64,000 bases of DNA from a virus (IMGVR_UViG_3300029305_003710:1-64000); one strand, 5' to 3'; shown: positions 9,427 through 17,111, counted from the stretch's first letter. Notes: generated by a model not told the origin, from the sequence alone. Numbers and translations: made by a program.

Positions 9427-9447
9427 AGAATCAGGAGGTTAACCTGA

Positions 9448-9603
9448 ATGGAGATTAGATGGATTGGAATAAAAGATTGTCCTAATTGTGGAGAAAATGA
9501 TTGGTACGAGTTTGAACGTTCTCATGGAGTTCCTTATTATCGGTGCAGAAATTGTGGAAAAGTATATCCAACGGTTGAGCTTGATATTTGTATGTGGCGT
9601 TAG
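9448..9603 (+). CDS. Zn-ribbon protein (Lar-like)
   Basis: MEIRWIGIKDCPNCG...YYRCRNCG; SD aggagg; read by eye. Confidence 0.6.
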   Translation: MEIRWIGIKDCPNCGENDWYEFERSHGVPYYRCRNCGKVYPTVELDICMWR

Positions 9604-9615
9604 TATAATTAAAAT

Positions 9616-9933
9616 ATGAAGATTATTGATAATATTTTGGATAAATATTATAGCCGAAAACTTATCGAAATAACCTTGTCTCATATTCGTACACATTTTA
9701 GTCAAGCTGTTTCTATTAATTATGACAAAGTTCTTGGGGAGTGGACTTTAGACGTTCTTTTGGAAGGGGAGGAAGATTTTACTCTATCCTATATTGCGTT
9801 TCGTAGACAAAATGCAGTAATCGTTCTAAATCGTCTTTTAGCAACGGGCTGGACGAATCTTGATAAAGATTTTTTGAACAGAAAAAAACGAATCGAACGG
9901 GCCAAAAAGGAGGAGCATGCAGAGTTCATTTAA
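9616..9933 (+). CDS. Hypothetical protein
   Basis: TATAAT 6 nt before ATG. Confidence 0.65.
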   Translation: MKIIDNILDKYYSRKLIEITLSHIRTHFSQAVSINYDKVLGEWTLDVLLEGEEDFTLSYIAFRRQNAVIVLNRLLATGWTNLDKDFLNRKKRIERAKKEEHAEFI

Positions 9934-10585
9934 CGAAATGTATCATCACATTGAAGCTCCGACAATTAGCAAGCATTTGGGCATAAGAAAACGTGAACTT
10001 TATATCCCGACTCATCAGGATAATAAAATCGAATATTATAGTAAGCCTCTTTTTTGGTATCTTTCCACTCTTCAATGGCAGTATAAACGCAAACTTAACG
10101 GAGAGAATCTTCGGGTTAAGTGGGATGGCAACAGGGTAGTTTGGAATGGCAAAACAAACGCCTACCAAGCTTCAAAGAAGTTGACCAATTATATGAAAGA
10201 AACCTTTGTAGAAGAAATTTTCGAAGAAAGGTTCGGGCGGGATAAAACCGTGCTTTTGTTTGGTGAGCATATGGGGGAAAAGGTCCAAGGGAATGAGCTA
10301 GGGCTAGAAAAGCCAGAATTCGTTTTGTTCGATGTAAAAATTGGTGAATTTTGGCTTGAACCTGAGGATGTAGAAGAAGTCGCAAAATATTTTTGGCTTC
10401 GTACTTATAAGGATTTTGGAGATACAGGACAAGATACGCTTATAAATCTAATCTCTCGTACGGCTATTGGGGATTTTAAGGAATGGGAGAGAATTGTTGC
10501 TACTCCGAAGATAAGATGCTTACAGCCAAACGGAGAAAGAGTAATTTGCAAGATTAAAAATAAGGATTACGCAATCCATGGATAA
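9917..10585 (+). CDS. RNA ligase-like nucleotidyltransferase
   Basis: Motif I RKLNGENLR, LFGEHMG, FVLFDV, ERVICKIK. Confidence 0.8.
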   Translation: MQSSFNEMYHHIEAPTISKHLGIRKRELYIPTHQDNKIEYYSKPLFWYLSTLQWQYKRKLNGENLRVKWDGNRVVWNGKTNAYQASKKLTNYMKETFVEEIFEERFGRDKTVLLFGEHMGEKVQGNELGLEKPEFVLFDVKIGEFWLEPEDVEEVAKYFWLRTYKDFGDTGQDTLINLISRTAIGDFKEWERIVATPKIRCLQPNGERVICKIKNKDYAIHG

Positions 10586-10790
10586 CGGAAGAATCGGGTA
10601 TATTAAGGTTATAGAATCCTCCAACGCTGTGCTTATTCGAGCAGAGGATATTTTAGATGGATTAAAAGTCAAGAGGGTAGAGATGCCGGTTGTCAAAGAT
10701 AGAATCTTCAAAACTAAAATTGTACTCGAGATTAATCCCTCGCGCGAAAAGGAAATTTGGTTAGAGCATGGATTTGGAAGAACTGAGTAA
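10578..10790 (+). CDS. Hypothetical protein
   Basis: Overlapping coupling with ligase gene. Confidence 0.55.
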   Translation: MDNGRIGYIKVIESSNAVLIRAEDILDGLKVKRVEMPVVKDRIFKTKIVLEINPSREKEIWLEHGFGRTE

Positions 10791-10911
10791 GATAGCAAGA
10801 TGGTATTGTAACCATGAAATAACCGCTTGTGATGGCGAGGCTCAAGAGGCAACGATATGAACGCTATCGACCTCAGAACTCCACGGGTTTTAGCCGTGGG
10901 GGTATTGTCAG
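10791..10911 (+). mobile_element. Orphan IS200/IS605 right end / omega-RNA-like remnant
   Basis: GAAC-tccacgggttttagccgtgggg-gtattg-TCAG; no tnpA or tnpB nearby. Confidence 0.6.
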
Positions 10912-10939
10912 GAAAGACCTCGTATGATATAATCAAAGT

Positions 10940-11063
10940 ATGACTACACAATCTTGGCAACATCAGAATTGCTTTTACCCCATCAGTAGGGAGTGATTTT
11001 GTGTAGTCGTGTTCAGTAAAACCACAAGTAGCAAAATTAACTCCCCGTCAAAAGGGAGTTTTT
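10940..11063 (+). ncRNA. Candidate structured RNA (or 18-aa leaderless peptide) ending in a terminator
   Basis: TATAAT 10928-10933; stem atgactacacaa / ttgtgtagtcgt; terminator aactccc/gggagtt-ttt (11039-11063). Confidence 0.45.
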
Positions 11064-11065
11064 AA

Positions 11066-11139
11066 GTGGGAATAGTTTAATGGAAAAACTACTGCCTCCA
11101 AAACAGTCGTTCTCTGTTCGATTCGGAGTTCCCACGCCA
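11066..11139 (+). tRNA. tRNA-Trp(CCA)
   Basis: Acceptor gtgggaa/ttcccac, loop ctccaaa, TTCGA, encoded CCA. Confidence 0.9.
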
Positions 11140-11144
11140 AACAC

Positions 11145-11231
11145 GCTAGTATAGGAAAGCGGTCAAATCCAACAGACTGTAAATCTGTCGCCCTCGGGCT
11201 TCGGTTGGTTCAAATCCACCTGCCAGCACCA
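11145..11231 (+). tRNA. tRNA-Tyr(GTA)
   Basis: acaga-ctgtaaa-tctgt, long variable arm, CCA. Confidence 0.9.
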
Positions 11232-11232
11232 T

Positions 11233-11307
11233 CTGGGGTTGGGAAAGCGGCAATCTGCCTCGCTTGGAACGAGGAGAAGGTCAGTTCGACTCTGACACCC
11301 CAGACCA
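11233..11307 (+). tRNA. tRNA-Pro(TGG)
   Basis: cctcg-cttggaa-cgagg, CCA. Confidence 0.92.
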
Positions 11308-11310
11308 GAA

Positions 11311-11395
11311 TCCAGAGTGACGGAATTGGTAAACGTAGTACCCTGTTAAGGTGCCGCCAATAGGTTTGTCGGTTCGAACCCGACCTCTGGAGCCA
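11311..11395 (+). tRNA. tRNA-Asn(GTT) with atypical 13-nt variable arm
   Basis: gtacc-ctgttaa-ggtgc; U1-A72, G73, CCA; 85 nt. Confidence 0.85.
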
Positions 11396-11398
11396 TAA

Positions 11399-11472
11399 GG
11401 CTGATTGAGGGAGCAGTTACCTACATCTCTGCAAAAGATGTTAGACTGGGGCAGCACCAGTATCAGCCTCCA
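11399..11472 (+). tRNA. tRNA-Cys(GCA) with non-canonical T loop
   Basis: catct-ctgcaaa-agatg; U73; T loop GGCAGCA. Confidence 0.8.
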
Positions 11473-11476
11473 AAAT

Positions 11477-11553
11477 GGTCATGTAGCTCAGTTCGGTAGA
11501 GCAGAGGCCTGAAGAGTCTTGTGTCGCTAGTTCAAATCTAGCCGTGACCACCA
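11477..11553 (+). tRNA. tRNA-Phe(GAA)
   Basis: gaggc-ctgaaga-gtctt, CCA. Confidence 0.92.
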
Positions 11554-11554
11554 A

Positions 11555-11631
11555 TGGAAAGTAGGCGAATTGGTAAAGCCACCACTCTCTGAAAGTGGAG
11601 TTTGAAGGTTCGAGACCTTCCTTTCCAACCA
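11555..11631 (+). tRNA. tRNA-Gln(CTG)
   Basis: ccact-ctctgaa-agtgg, U1-A72, CCA. Confidence 0.9.
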
Positions 11632-11639
11632 AGTAATTA

Positions 11640-11714
11640 GTGGGTTTCGTATAACGGCTAATATGCCATTCTTCCAAAGCGGAGATGGAGTTTCGACTAC
11701 TCTAACCCGCACCA
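11640..11714 (+). tRNA. tRNA-Gly(TCC)
   Basis: Loop cttccaa, imperfect anticodon stem, CCA. Confidence 0.8.
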
Positions 11715-11715
11715 T

Positions 11716-11792
11716 TTTCGGGTAGATGAATTGGTAGAATCACTCGGCTTTGACCCGAGAGTTTGGCGGTTCGAGTCCGCCCCCGAAAGCCA
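11716..11792 (+). tRNA. tRNA-Gln(TTG)
   Basis: ctcgg-ctttgac-ccgag, U1-A72, G73, CCA. Confidence 0.92.
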
Positions 11793-11794
11793 AA

Positions 11795-11953
11795 TGGTGT
11801 GCGTAGGAAATCAGCAAATCCGCCTGTTATTAAGGACAGCGCTTGTCGTTCATCCCAAGATGAGTTATAATGAAGGTGCGGGCAAATGTAAAATTCTTCC
11901 CAATGCAACTGGTTTGACCGATGACGAGGGACTGGGAGACCTCGGCTCGCACA
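11795..11953 (+). ncRNA. Unclassified ~160-nt structured RNA between tRNA-Gln and the mini-tmRNA
   Basis: Closed by tgtgcg / cgcaca; internal hairpins; co-transcribed position in the tRNA array. Confidence 0.5.
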
Positions 11954-11954
11954 A

Positions 11955-12064
11955 GGGGCAGAAATTAGCTTAGAGCATCTCCGAAGTATATAGGCGAAAA
12001 TTGCTAAATACTAAAGCCTAGAGTAAGAAATGCGACTCGGCGGCGGTAGCCGACTGCTCCACCA
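11955..12064 (+). ncRNA. Miniature tmRNA-like RNA (Ala tRNA-like domain, 110 nt)
   Basis: Acceptor ggggcag/ctgctcc with G3-U70, A73, CCA; 13-nt D loop ending GA; helix gcat/atgc; GAC variable loop; T arm tcggc/gccga; no anticodon arm or pseudoknots. Confidence 0.75.
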
Positions 12065-12074
12065 AGGAGTAAAA

Positions 12075-12290
12075 ATGTTAATTTATTTGGACAACGAACA
12101 AGCAAAAACCCTCACAGATATTCTCGAAGGCACAATTCGTCTGGATGAGATGACGGACTGGGCAGACTATGCAGATGACCACCTCGGACGGATAGTCAGA
12201 ATAGAAAAACCCGACCTCGTAGCAGCCTCCAAATCTAGGGTCAAGCTTTGTAAAGACCTCATTAAGAAGGTGGAACCTATGATACAATAA
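12075..12290 (+). CDS. Hypothetical protein
   Basis: SD aaggag, ATG 12075. Confidence 0.65.
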   Translation: MLIYLDNEQAKTLTDILEGTIRLDEMTDWADYADDHLGRIVRIEKPDLVAASKSRVKLCKDLIKKVEPMIQ

Positions 12291-12405
12291 GAGTGCGTAA
12301 ATTATATTTTATATCAACCAGCACTCGTTTAGAGTGATAAGCCCTCTCGATAATCCAAGCAAAAACGTAATTGAAACGGGGGCTTTTTTGGTGTATTATT
12401 GAGAT

Positions 12406-12597
12406 ATGAGCGATTCGATAAGCCTATTGCTTCTATTCGGAGGTTGTCTTTCTATCGGAGGGATGTTGGGGTTCGTTGCCAAACTTTTAAAAGGCAAGTT
12501 TCCTAAAATGAAATGGGTTATTGTCATTTTCTGTGTTCTTCTAGAAGGGGTCATAACTTTTGGGCTAGGCTATCTTGCTGGAGAAACTATTAAATAA
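12406..12597 (+). CDS. Small two-TM membrane protein
   Basis: Hydrophobic; TATTAT 6 nt before ATG. Confidence 0.6.
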   Translation: MSDSISLLLLFGGCLSIGGMLGFVAKLLKGKFPKMKWVIVIFCVLLEGVITFGLGYLAGETIK

Positions 12598-12611
12598 AGG
12601 AGAGAAGAATT

Positions 12612-13184
12612 ATAGAAAAGGAAATCTGGAAAGATATACCTGGCTATGGGGGGAAGTATCAGGCGAGTTCGTTGGGAGGGGTCAGGAGCGTGGACAGGAT
12701 AGTTCAGCAGAAAAATCGGTGGGGACAGCTTGTCAGTAGGCGATTGCGGGGGAGAGATTTGGTTGTGCGCAAAGGGGCTAGAGGGTACTTGCGAGCTACT
12801 GTTGGAAAAGGGGAAACTCGTAATGTTCATAGGCTGGTTGCTGAAACATTCCTTCCTAATCCAAGAGGCAAGCCTCAAGTCAACCATATCAACGGGGATA
12901 AAACCGATAATCGAATCGAGAACCTTGAATGGGTCACGGCAAAAGAAAATTCGCACCACTCCAGGGAAAAATTGTTGCATATCAGCAATGGGGCAAGGTA
13001 TCCTGTGCAATGTATAGAAACGGGGAAAGTTTATGATTATATCGTGGATGCAGCGAAAGACACTGGCGCCAATGCTATGGTTATTGGAAGGATTGTGAAT
13101 GGGAGACCTAAAGCTCGGACTTCTGGCGGCTTTCATTGGAGAGCGGTGAAGCCTAAAGATAAGTTGCTTATTGACGGTCAGTGA
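12612..13184 (+). CDS. Free-standing HNH homing endonuclease (NUMOD4-HNH-NUMOD1), non-ATG start
   Basis: [19 protein letters not shown] (NUMOD4), HRLVAETF...[28 protein letters not shown]. Confidence 0.85.
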   Translation: MEKEIWKDIPGYGGKYQASSLGGVRSVDRIVQQKNRWGQLVSRRLRGRDLVVRKGARGYLRATVGKGETRNVHRLVAETFLPNPRGKPQVNHINGDKTDNRIENLEWVTAKENSHHSREKLLHISNGARYPVQCIETGKVYDYIVDAAKDTGANAMVIGRIVNGRPKARTSGGFHWRAVKPKDKLLIDGQ

Positions 13185-13242
13185 GATTTAATGGTGCCGC
13201 TTTCGTCTTGTTCGATTTACCAAAATAGCATATAATTAAAGT

Positions 13243-13337
13243 GTGCTGTTAATGGTTCGGCACGACTAGACACTATGTAGCGTGAAAACCTTAATTAGGA
13301 GGAACGCTAAAAATGACCCCTCTTCGGAGGGGTCATT
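13243..13337 (+). ncRNA. Candidate small RNA (two hairpins plus terminator)
   Basis: TATAAT 13231-13236; gtgctg/cggcac; tagcgt/acgcta; terminator aatgacccc/ggggtcatt; no ORF. Confidence 0.45.
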
Positions 13338-13403
13338 GCTTTATTCGAAAAACTTTGTTATAATAAAGGAGCTTATTACATAACACAATCAAGGGGGTGT
13401 AGT

Positions 13404-13946
13404 ATGAGAAATCGCTACACTCAACGTCCCGACCACTGGGATTACACTAGCCAACAGTTGGTTCGTTTTGCTCGTCTTAGGCAAGGCGATTGTTTGCATT
13501 GTTCTGCTAATCGCGGAGATAATCAGAGGGGTCATCTAGCCAAATGGGGGAAGAAGGTCGCCAAAAAGCACGAATACGCCACTGGCAAACGTCGGAATGA
13601 TAATCAGTTCAAGTGGGCGAGAATGCATCATGGGTTTAATGTTTGCGATTATTATGATGCTCACTATGACGAAAAATACAAGCCTAAACCTAGAAGGAAA
13701 GAGAAAATGGAACTCACCAACGGGGACGCAAGATACTTGCTTGACGAGTATATAAAATATCTAAAGAAGAATCGTAACGTAATCGCCGATACAGCGGCTA
13801 GGAACTTAAATCGTTATTCATGGGCCGGGGCAAGTACCTCTCTTGCGGAACTTGGAATGGGGAGCAAAGATGTCCCCGAATTTTCCGTCTATATTACCTT
13901 CACGAGAAAGAAACCTTTTTACAGATATTTCCCTCCTGAATCATGA
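13404..13946 (+). CDS. Hypothetical protein
   Basis: 180-aa ORF with SD-like aagggg. Confidence 0.6.
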   Translation: MRNRYTQRPDHWDYTSQQLVRFARLRQGDCLHCSANRGDNQRGHLAKWGKKVAKKHEYATGKRRNDNQFKWARMHHGFNVCDYYDAHYDEKYKPKPRRKEKMELTNGDARYLLDEYIKYLKKNRNVIADTAARNLNRYSWAGASTSLAELGMGSKDVPEFSVYITFTRKKPFYRYFPPES

Positions 13947-13978
13947 TATGTTATGCTAGGGGTGGAGAAAATAAAAAT

Positions 13979-14335
13979 ATGAAACTAATTTTGCATGGAC
14001 AAATTCCTGCCCTAAAAAATTCGAAAAAGGTCACGAAGACAGGACATATCTATACCGAGAAACGAGTCAAAGACTGGATGGAGGCTGCTGCTTCTGAATT
14101 AAAAGAACAATGGCATCAACCACAGATAGAAAAGTTAGACAATCTCACGGTCTGTATATATAACGGGGACAAAAGAAAACACGACCTTAGTAATCAATTA
14201 GATACTATTTTGGATGTTTTGAAGTTGATAGTCGTGAAAGATGACAACCAATTCTGTATTCCAGAGGTTCAGTTGCATTACGCTGGAGTGGATAGTGACC
14301 CACGGGCAGAAATTTGGGTTGACTTTGAATCTTAA
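13979..14335 (+). CDS. RusA-like Holliday junction resolvase
   Basis: IPALKNSK...KRKHDLSNQLDTILDVL...VKDDNQ...PRAEIWV. Confidence 0.8.
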   Translation: MKLILHGQIPALKNSKKVTKTGHIYTEKRVKDWMEAAASELKEQWHQPQIEKLDNLTVCIYNGDKRKHDLSNQLDTILDVLKLIVVKDDNQFCIPEVQLHYAGVDSDPRAEIWVDFES

Positions 14336-14459
14336 CTGGCGTATAATAATTCTTGCAGAGGTCATCTGCAACCCCTTTCAGGGTTATTTTTATTCAAAAA
14401 GCCCCCTCTATGGGGACTTTTTGTTTGACACGATTCTTTTTTTCGCATATACTAAGGAT

Positions 14460-14603
14460 ATGAATATGTCAAAAATAAAAACGCTCGAACAAAAATTGGA
14501 TGCCATCATAGACTATCTTGGTATTGACCTTTACAAAAAAGAAGGTTTTGAAGTGGTTGAGCGAGGAGAATTAGGATTCCGTGAAAAGAAAAGAGGAGTT
14601 TGA
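14460..14603 (+). CDS. Small hypothetical protein
   Basis: TATACT 6 nt before ATG; KLDAIIDYLGI. Confidence 0.55.
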   Translation: MNMSKIKTLEQKLDAIIDYLGIDLYKKEGFEVVERGELGFREKKRGV

Positions 14604-15423
14604 TTATGTTAAAGAAGCTAAAGTGCTTTTGTTCGACGAGGAGGTTTCCCCTAATCTTGGGTGGTTCTATGGGCAATGGCAGACCACTCCTATTAAGATT
14701 GAACGCCCGCCTATTCTTTTAGCAATTAGTTGGAAGTGGCTAGGGGATAAGGGTAAGGCTCAAGGTAAAACTTTATTCGACTTTCCCCAAAAAGACCGTT
14801 ATGATGATGAAGGGATTGTCAAATATCTCTGGAAACTTCTCGACGAAGCCCGAATAGTAGTAGCACATAATGGGCGTCGATTCGACTGCAAAATGGCTAA
14901 TTCGTTCTTTCTGAGACATAACATGATACCTCCTAGCCCGTATAAGACCATAGATACCTTACAAATGGCTAGGGGGAATTTTAAATTCGACAATAATAAG
15001 CTTGATTATCTCGGGAACTTATTGATGGGTGAAGGCAAAACAGAGGTTACTTATAAGGACTGTTGGTACAAAATGCTTGAAGGGAATGATAAAGAAGCCA
15101 AACATGCCGCAAAGCTAATGAATCGTTATTGCAAAAATGACTCCGACCTACTTGAGAAAATTTACCTCAAACTTCGGCCATTCACCCATAATCACCCAAA
15201 TATGGCTTTAGCCTCGGGACATATGAACTGCTGTCCAAGATGTGGAGCGAATAAAGGCTTTAGAATTAGGTCTTATCGTTATACGGGTGCTCAAGTTACC
15301 GCTGTCCAGTATTCCTGTGATAATTGTCATTCCTATGTTACAAGGCCTTTGGACAAAGAGGAGCGGAAAGCTCTTGGCGAACAGGATAAACTCAAGGCGG
15401 TCTTTCGTAATTCTGCCCCGTAG
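14581..15423 (+). CDS. RNase H-like 3'-5' exonuclease domain protein with C-terminal Zn ribbon
   Basis: LLFDEE, VAHNGRRFD, NKLDYL, YCKND, CPRC...CDNC. Confidence 0.85.
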   Translation: MKRKEEFDYVKEAKVLLFDEEVSPNLGWFYGQWQTTPIKIERPPILLAISWKWLGDKGKAQGKTLFDFPQKDRYDDEGIVKYLWKLLDEARIVVAHNGRRFDCKMANSFFLRHNMIPPSPYKTIDTLQMARGNFKFDNNKLDYLGNLLMGEGKTEVTYKDCWYKMLEGNDKEAKHAAKLMNRYCKNDSDLLEKIYLKLRPFTHNHPNMALASGHMNCCPRCGANKGFRIRSYRYTGAQVTAVQYSCDNCHSYVTRPLDKEERKALGEQDKLKAVFRNSAP

Positions 15424-15535
15424 TGATACAATAGAACTGAAAAAGGTCAAGTTATGGAAGAGCAAGACGAACAAGACAAACTTCTTCAACTTCTTAAAGA
15501 AGAACAAAAGAATGCTCTAAGAACAAAGGAGTATT

Positions 15536-15563
15536 AAAGCCCCTTCTTTGAGGGGTCTTTTTT
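15536..15563 (+). terminator. Intrinsic terminator
   Basis: aaagcccc...ggggtcttttttt. Confidence 0.7.
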
Positions 15564-15578
15564 GTTATACTAGACTCA

Positions 15579-15839
15579 ATGAAAGTTCTGCTTAAGCGGG
15601 GCAGGCTCAATATTTTAATTCAAGACGAAAAAATTATCGTCTTTGATTCTCTTCAGGCCACGCTATATGCCCCTTATTTTAGCCCGAATAATCATCTCTT
15701 CAATCAAATGAAGGAGTTTTTGTTGACCTCGGAACCTAGTGAATATCGTTCTTGGGTAGATATTTTAGAGCTTGCTCGGGCTTGTCGAGTAAGCGGACAT
15801 GGGACTTTGCGAGGACGGTTGACAGAATTTGAGTCATAG
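15579..15839 (+). CDS. Hypothetical protein
   Basis: TATACT 7 nt before ATG. Confidence 0.6.
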   Translation: MKVLLKRGRLNILIQDEKIIVFDSLQATLYAPYFSPNNHLFNQMKEFLLTSEPSEYRSWVDILELARACRVSGHGTLRGRLTEFES

Positions 15840-15853
15840 GCTATCATCTAAAT

Positions 15854-16279
15854 ATGATATTAGCCCAAATTGCTAATACTCTCTATGATTCGGTCAATTT
15901 AGACAGACTTCTTCCTTATGAACGAGGACTTCTTAAAGTTGAACGATTTGATAGCTTGACTGGATTTATAGATAAGTGCGCCGCTAGGGGGAGATACGTT
16001 CTAATTAAGAATACTGTTGTTTTAGACCCTGGGGATATAGAACGTCTTTCCGAGGAGTCTTCTATGCATTCTTATGATGTGATTGGCTTTGGGAAAGAGA
16101 TATTTTTTGAGGATAGCTTCTTTTCGCTTACTGGGAACGCCATCAAGGAATGCGAAGGAGATTGGAGTAGGTTAAAAGATTTGGGTTACTCGTTGATAAA
16201 GATAGATAAGGAAAACAAAAATGCAAAAAATTATAATGTTGAAGGGGCTACCAGCATCTTTCAAAAGTTCGTGGGCTAA
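15854..16279 (+). CDS. Hypothetical protein
   Basis: 141-aa ORF. Confidence 0.6.
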   Translation: MILAQIANTLYDSVNLDRLLPYERGLLKVERFDSLTGFIDKCAARGRYVLIKNTVVLDPGDIERLSEESSMHSYDVIGFGKEIFFEDSFFSLTGNAIKECEGDWSRLKDLGYSLIKIDKENKNAKNYNVEGATSIFQKFVG

Positions 16280-17108
16280 AGAACAAGTTGCAAAGGGGGG
16301 TTATCTAAGAGTCAGCATGGATGATATTAGGGCATCTGTGTTTGGTGGTTGGTCTCCTAAGAAAGAAAAAGCTTGCCTTCGGTTGAGAGACAATATGGTC
16401 AGGTTTGGAATCGCTGAAGGTAAAAATGTAATCGTGGATGCGACTAATCTGAACCCGAAGCATAAGTATAGACTAAAAAGACTCGCAGAAGAACTAGGAG
16501 TAAAGTTTGAAATAAACGATTCCTTTCTAGAGAGAACCCCTGAGGAATGTATAGAGTCCGACCTTCATCGTGGAGAGGCTGCGGTGGGGGCTAAGGTAAT
16601 TTGGGAATTATTTTATCGTTGGGTTGCCCCCAATCCTTTAGAAAAATTACAAAAAGATTTCGATAAACCTAGGGCTGTATTATGCGATATCGATGGATGT
16701 CTTGCGATAAAAACAGGAGATAGAAGCTATTATGATATGTCTAGAGTCGGCGAGGATAGCGTTAACCCATTTGTAGGGTGCATAATCGACGCCTTAAGGG
16801 AATACGGACTAGAAGAAGGAGGGAAAAAATATCCGTATATTATACTCATATCAGGCCGAGGAGAGGAGGCGAGAGAGGCGACGGAAAAATGGCTTGCCCA
16901 GAACTGTATTGAATATGATAGTTTGATAATGCGGGATTTTGAGGATAATCGTTCAGACGAAATAGTAAAAAAGGAATTGTTCCAAAAACAAATAGAACCC
17001 TATTATGCTATACTAGGGGTAATAGATGACCGCCCAAAAGTCTGTCGTATGTGGCGAAGTCTGGGGCTGATGACTCTTCAAGCTGGCTTTCCAGAAGTGG
17101 AGTTTTAA
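16221..17108 (+). CDS. Polynucleotide kinase / 3'-phosphatase (T4 PseT-like)
   Basis: P-loop GLPASFKS, VDATN; HAD CDIDG, ISGR, IDDRPKVCRMWRSLG. Confidence 0.92.
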   Translation: MQKIIMLKGLPASFKSSWAKEQVAKGGYLRVSMDDIRASVFGGWSPKKEKACLRLRDNMVRFGIAEGKNVIVDATNLNPKHKYRLKRLAEELGVKFEINDSFLERTPEECIESDLHRGEAAVGAKVIWELFYRWVAPNPLEKLQKDFDKPRAVLCDIDGCLAIKTGDRSYYDMSRVGEDSVNPFVGCIIDALREYGLEEGGKKYPYIILISGRGEEAREATEKWLAQNCIEYDSLIMRDFEDNRSDEIVKKELFQKQIEPYYAILGVIDDRPKVCRMWRSLGLMTLQAGFPEVEF

Positions 17109-17111
17109 AAA

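Noticed and set aside
11795-11953. RNase P RNA
   Set aside because: aggaaa and cctcggct resemble CR-I and CR-V, but the P4 pairing cannot form and the RNA is too short.
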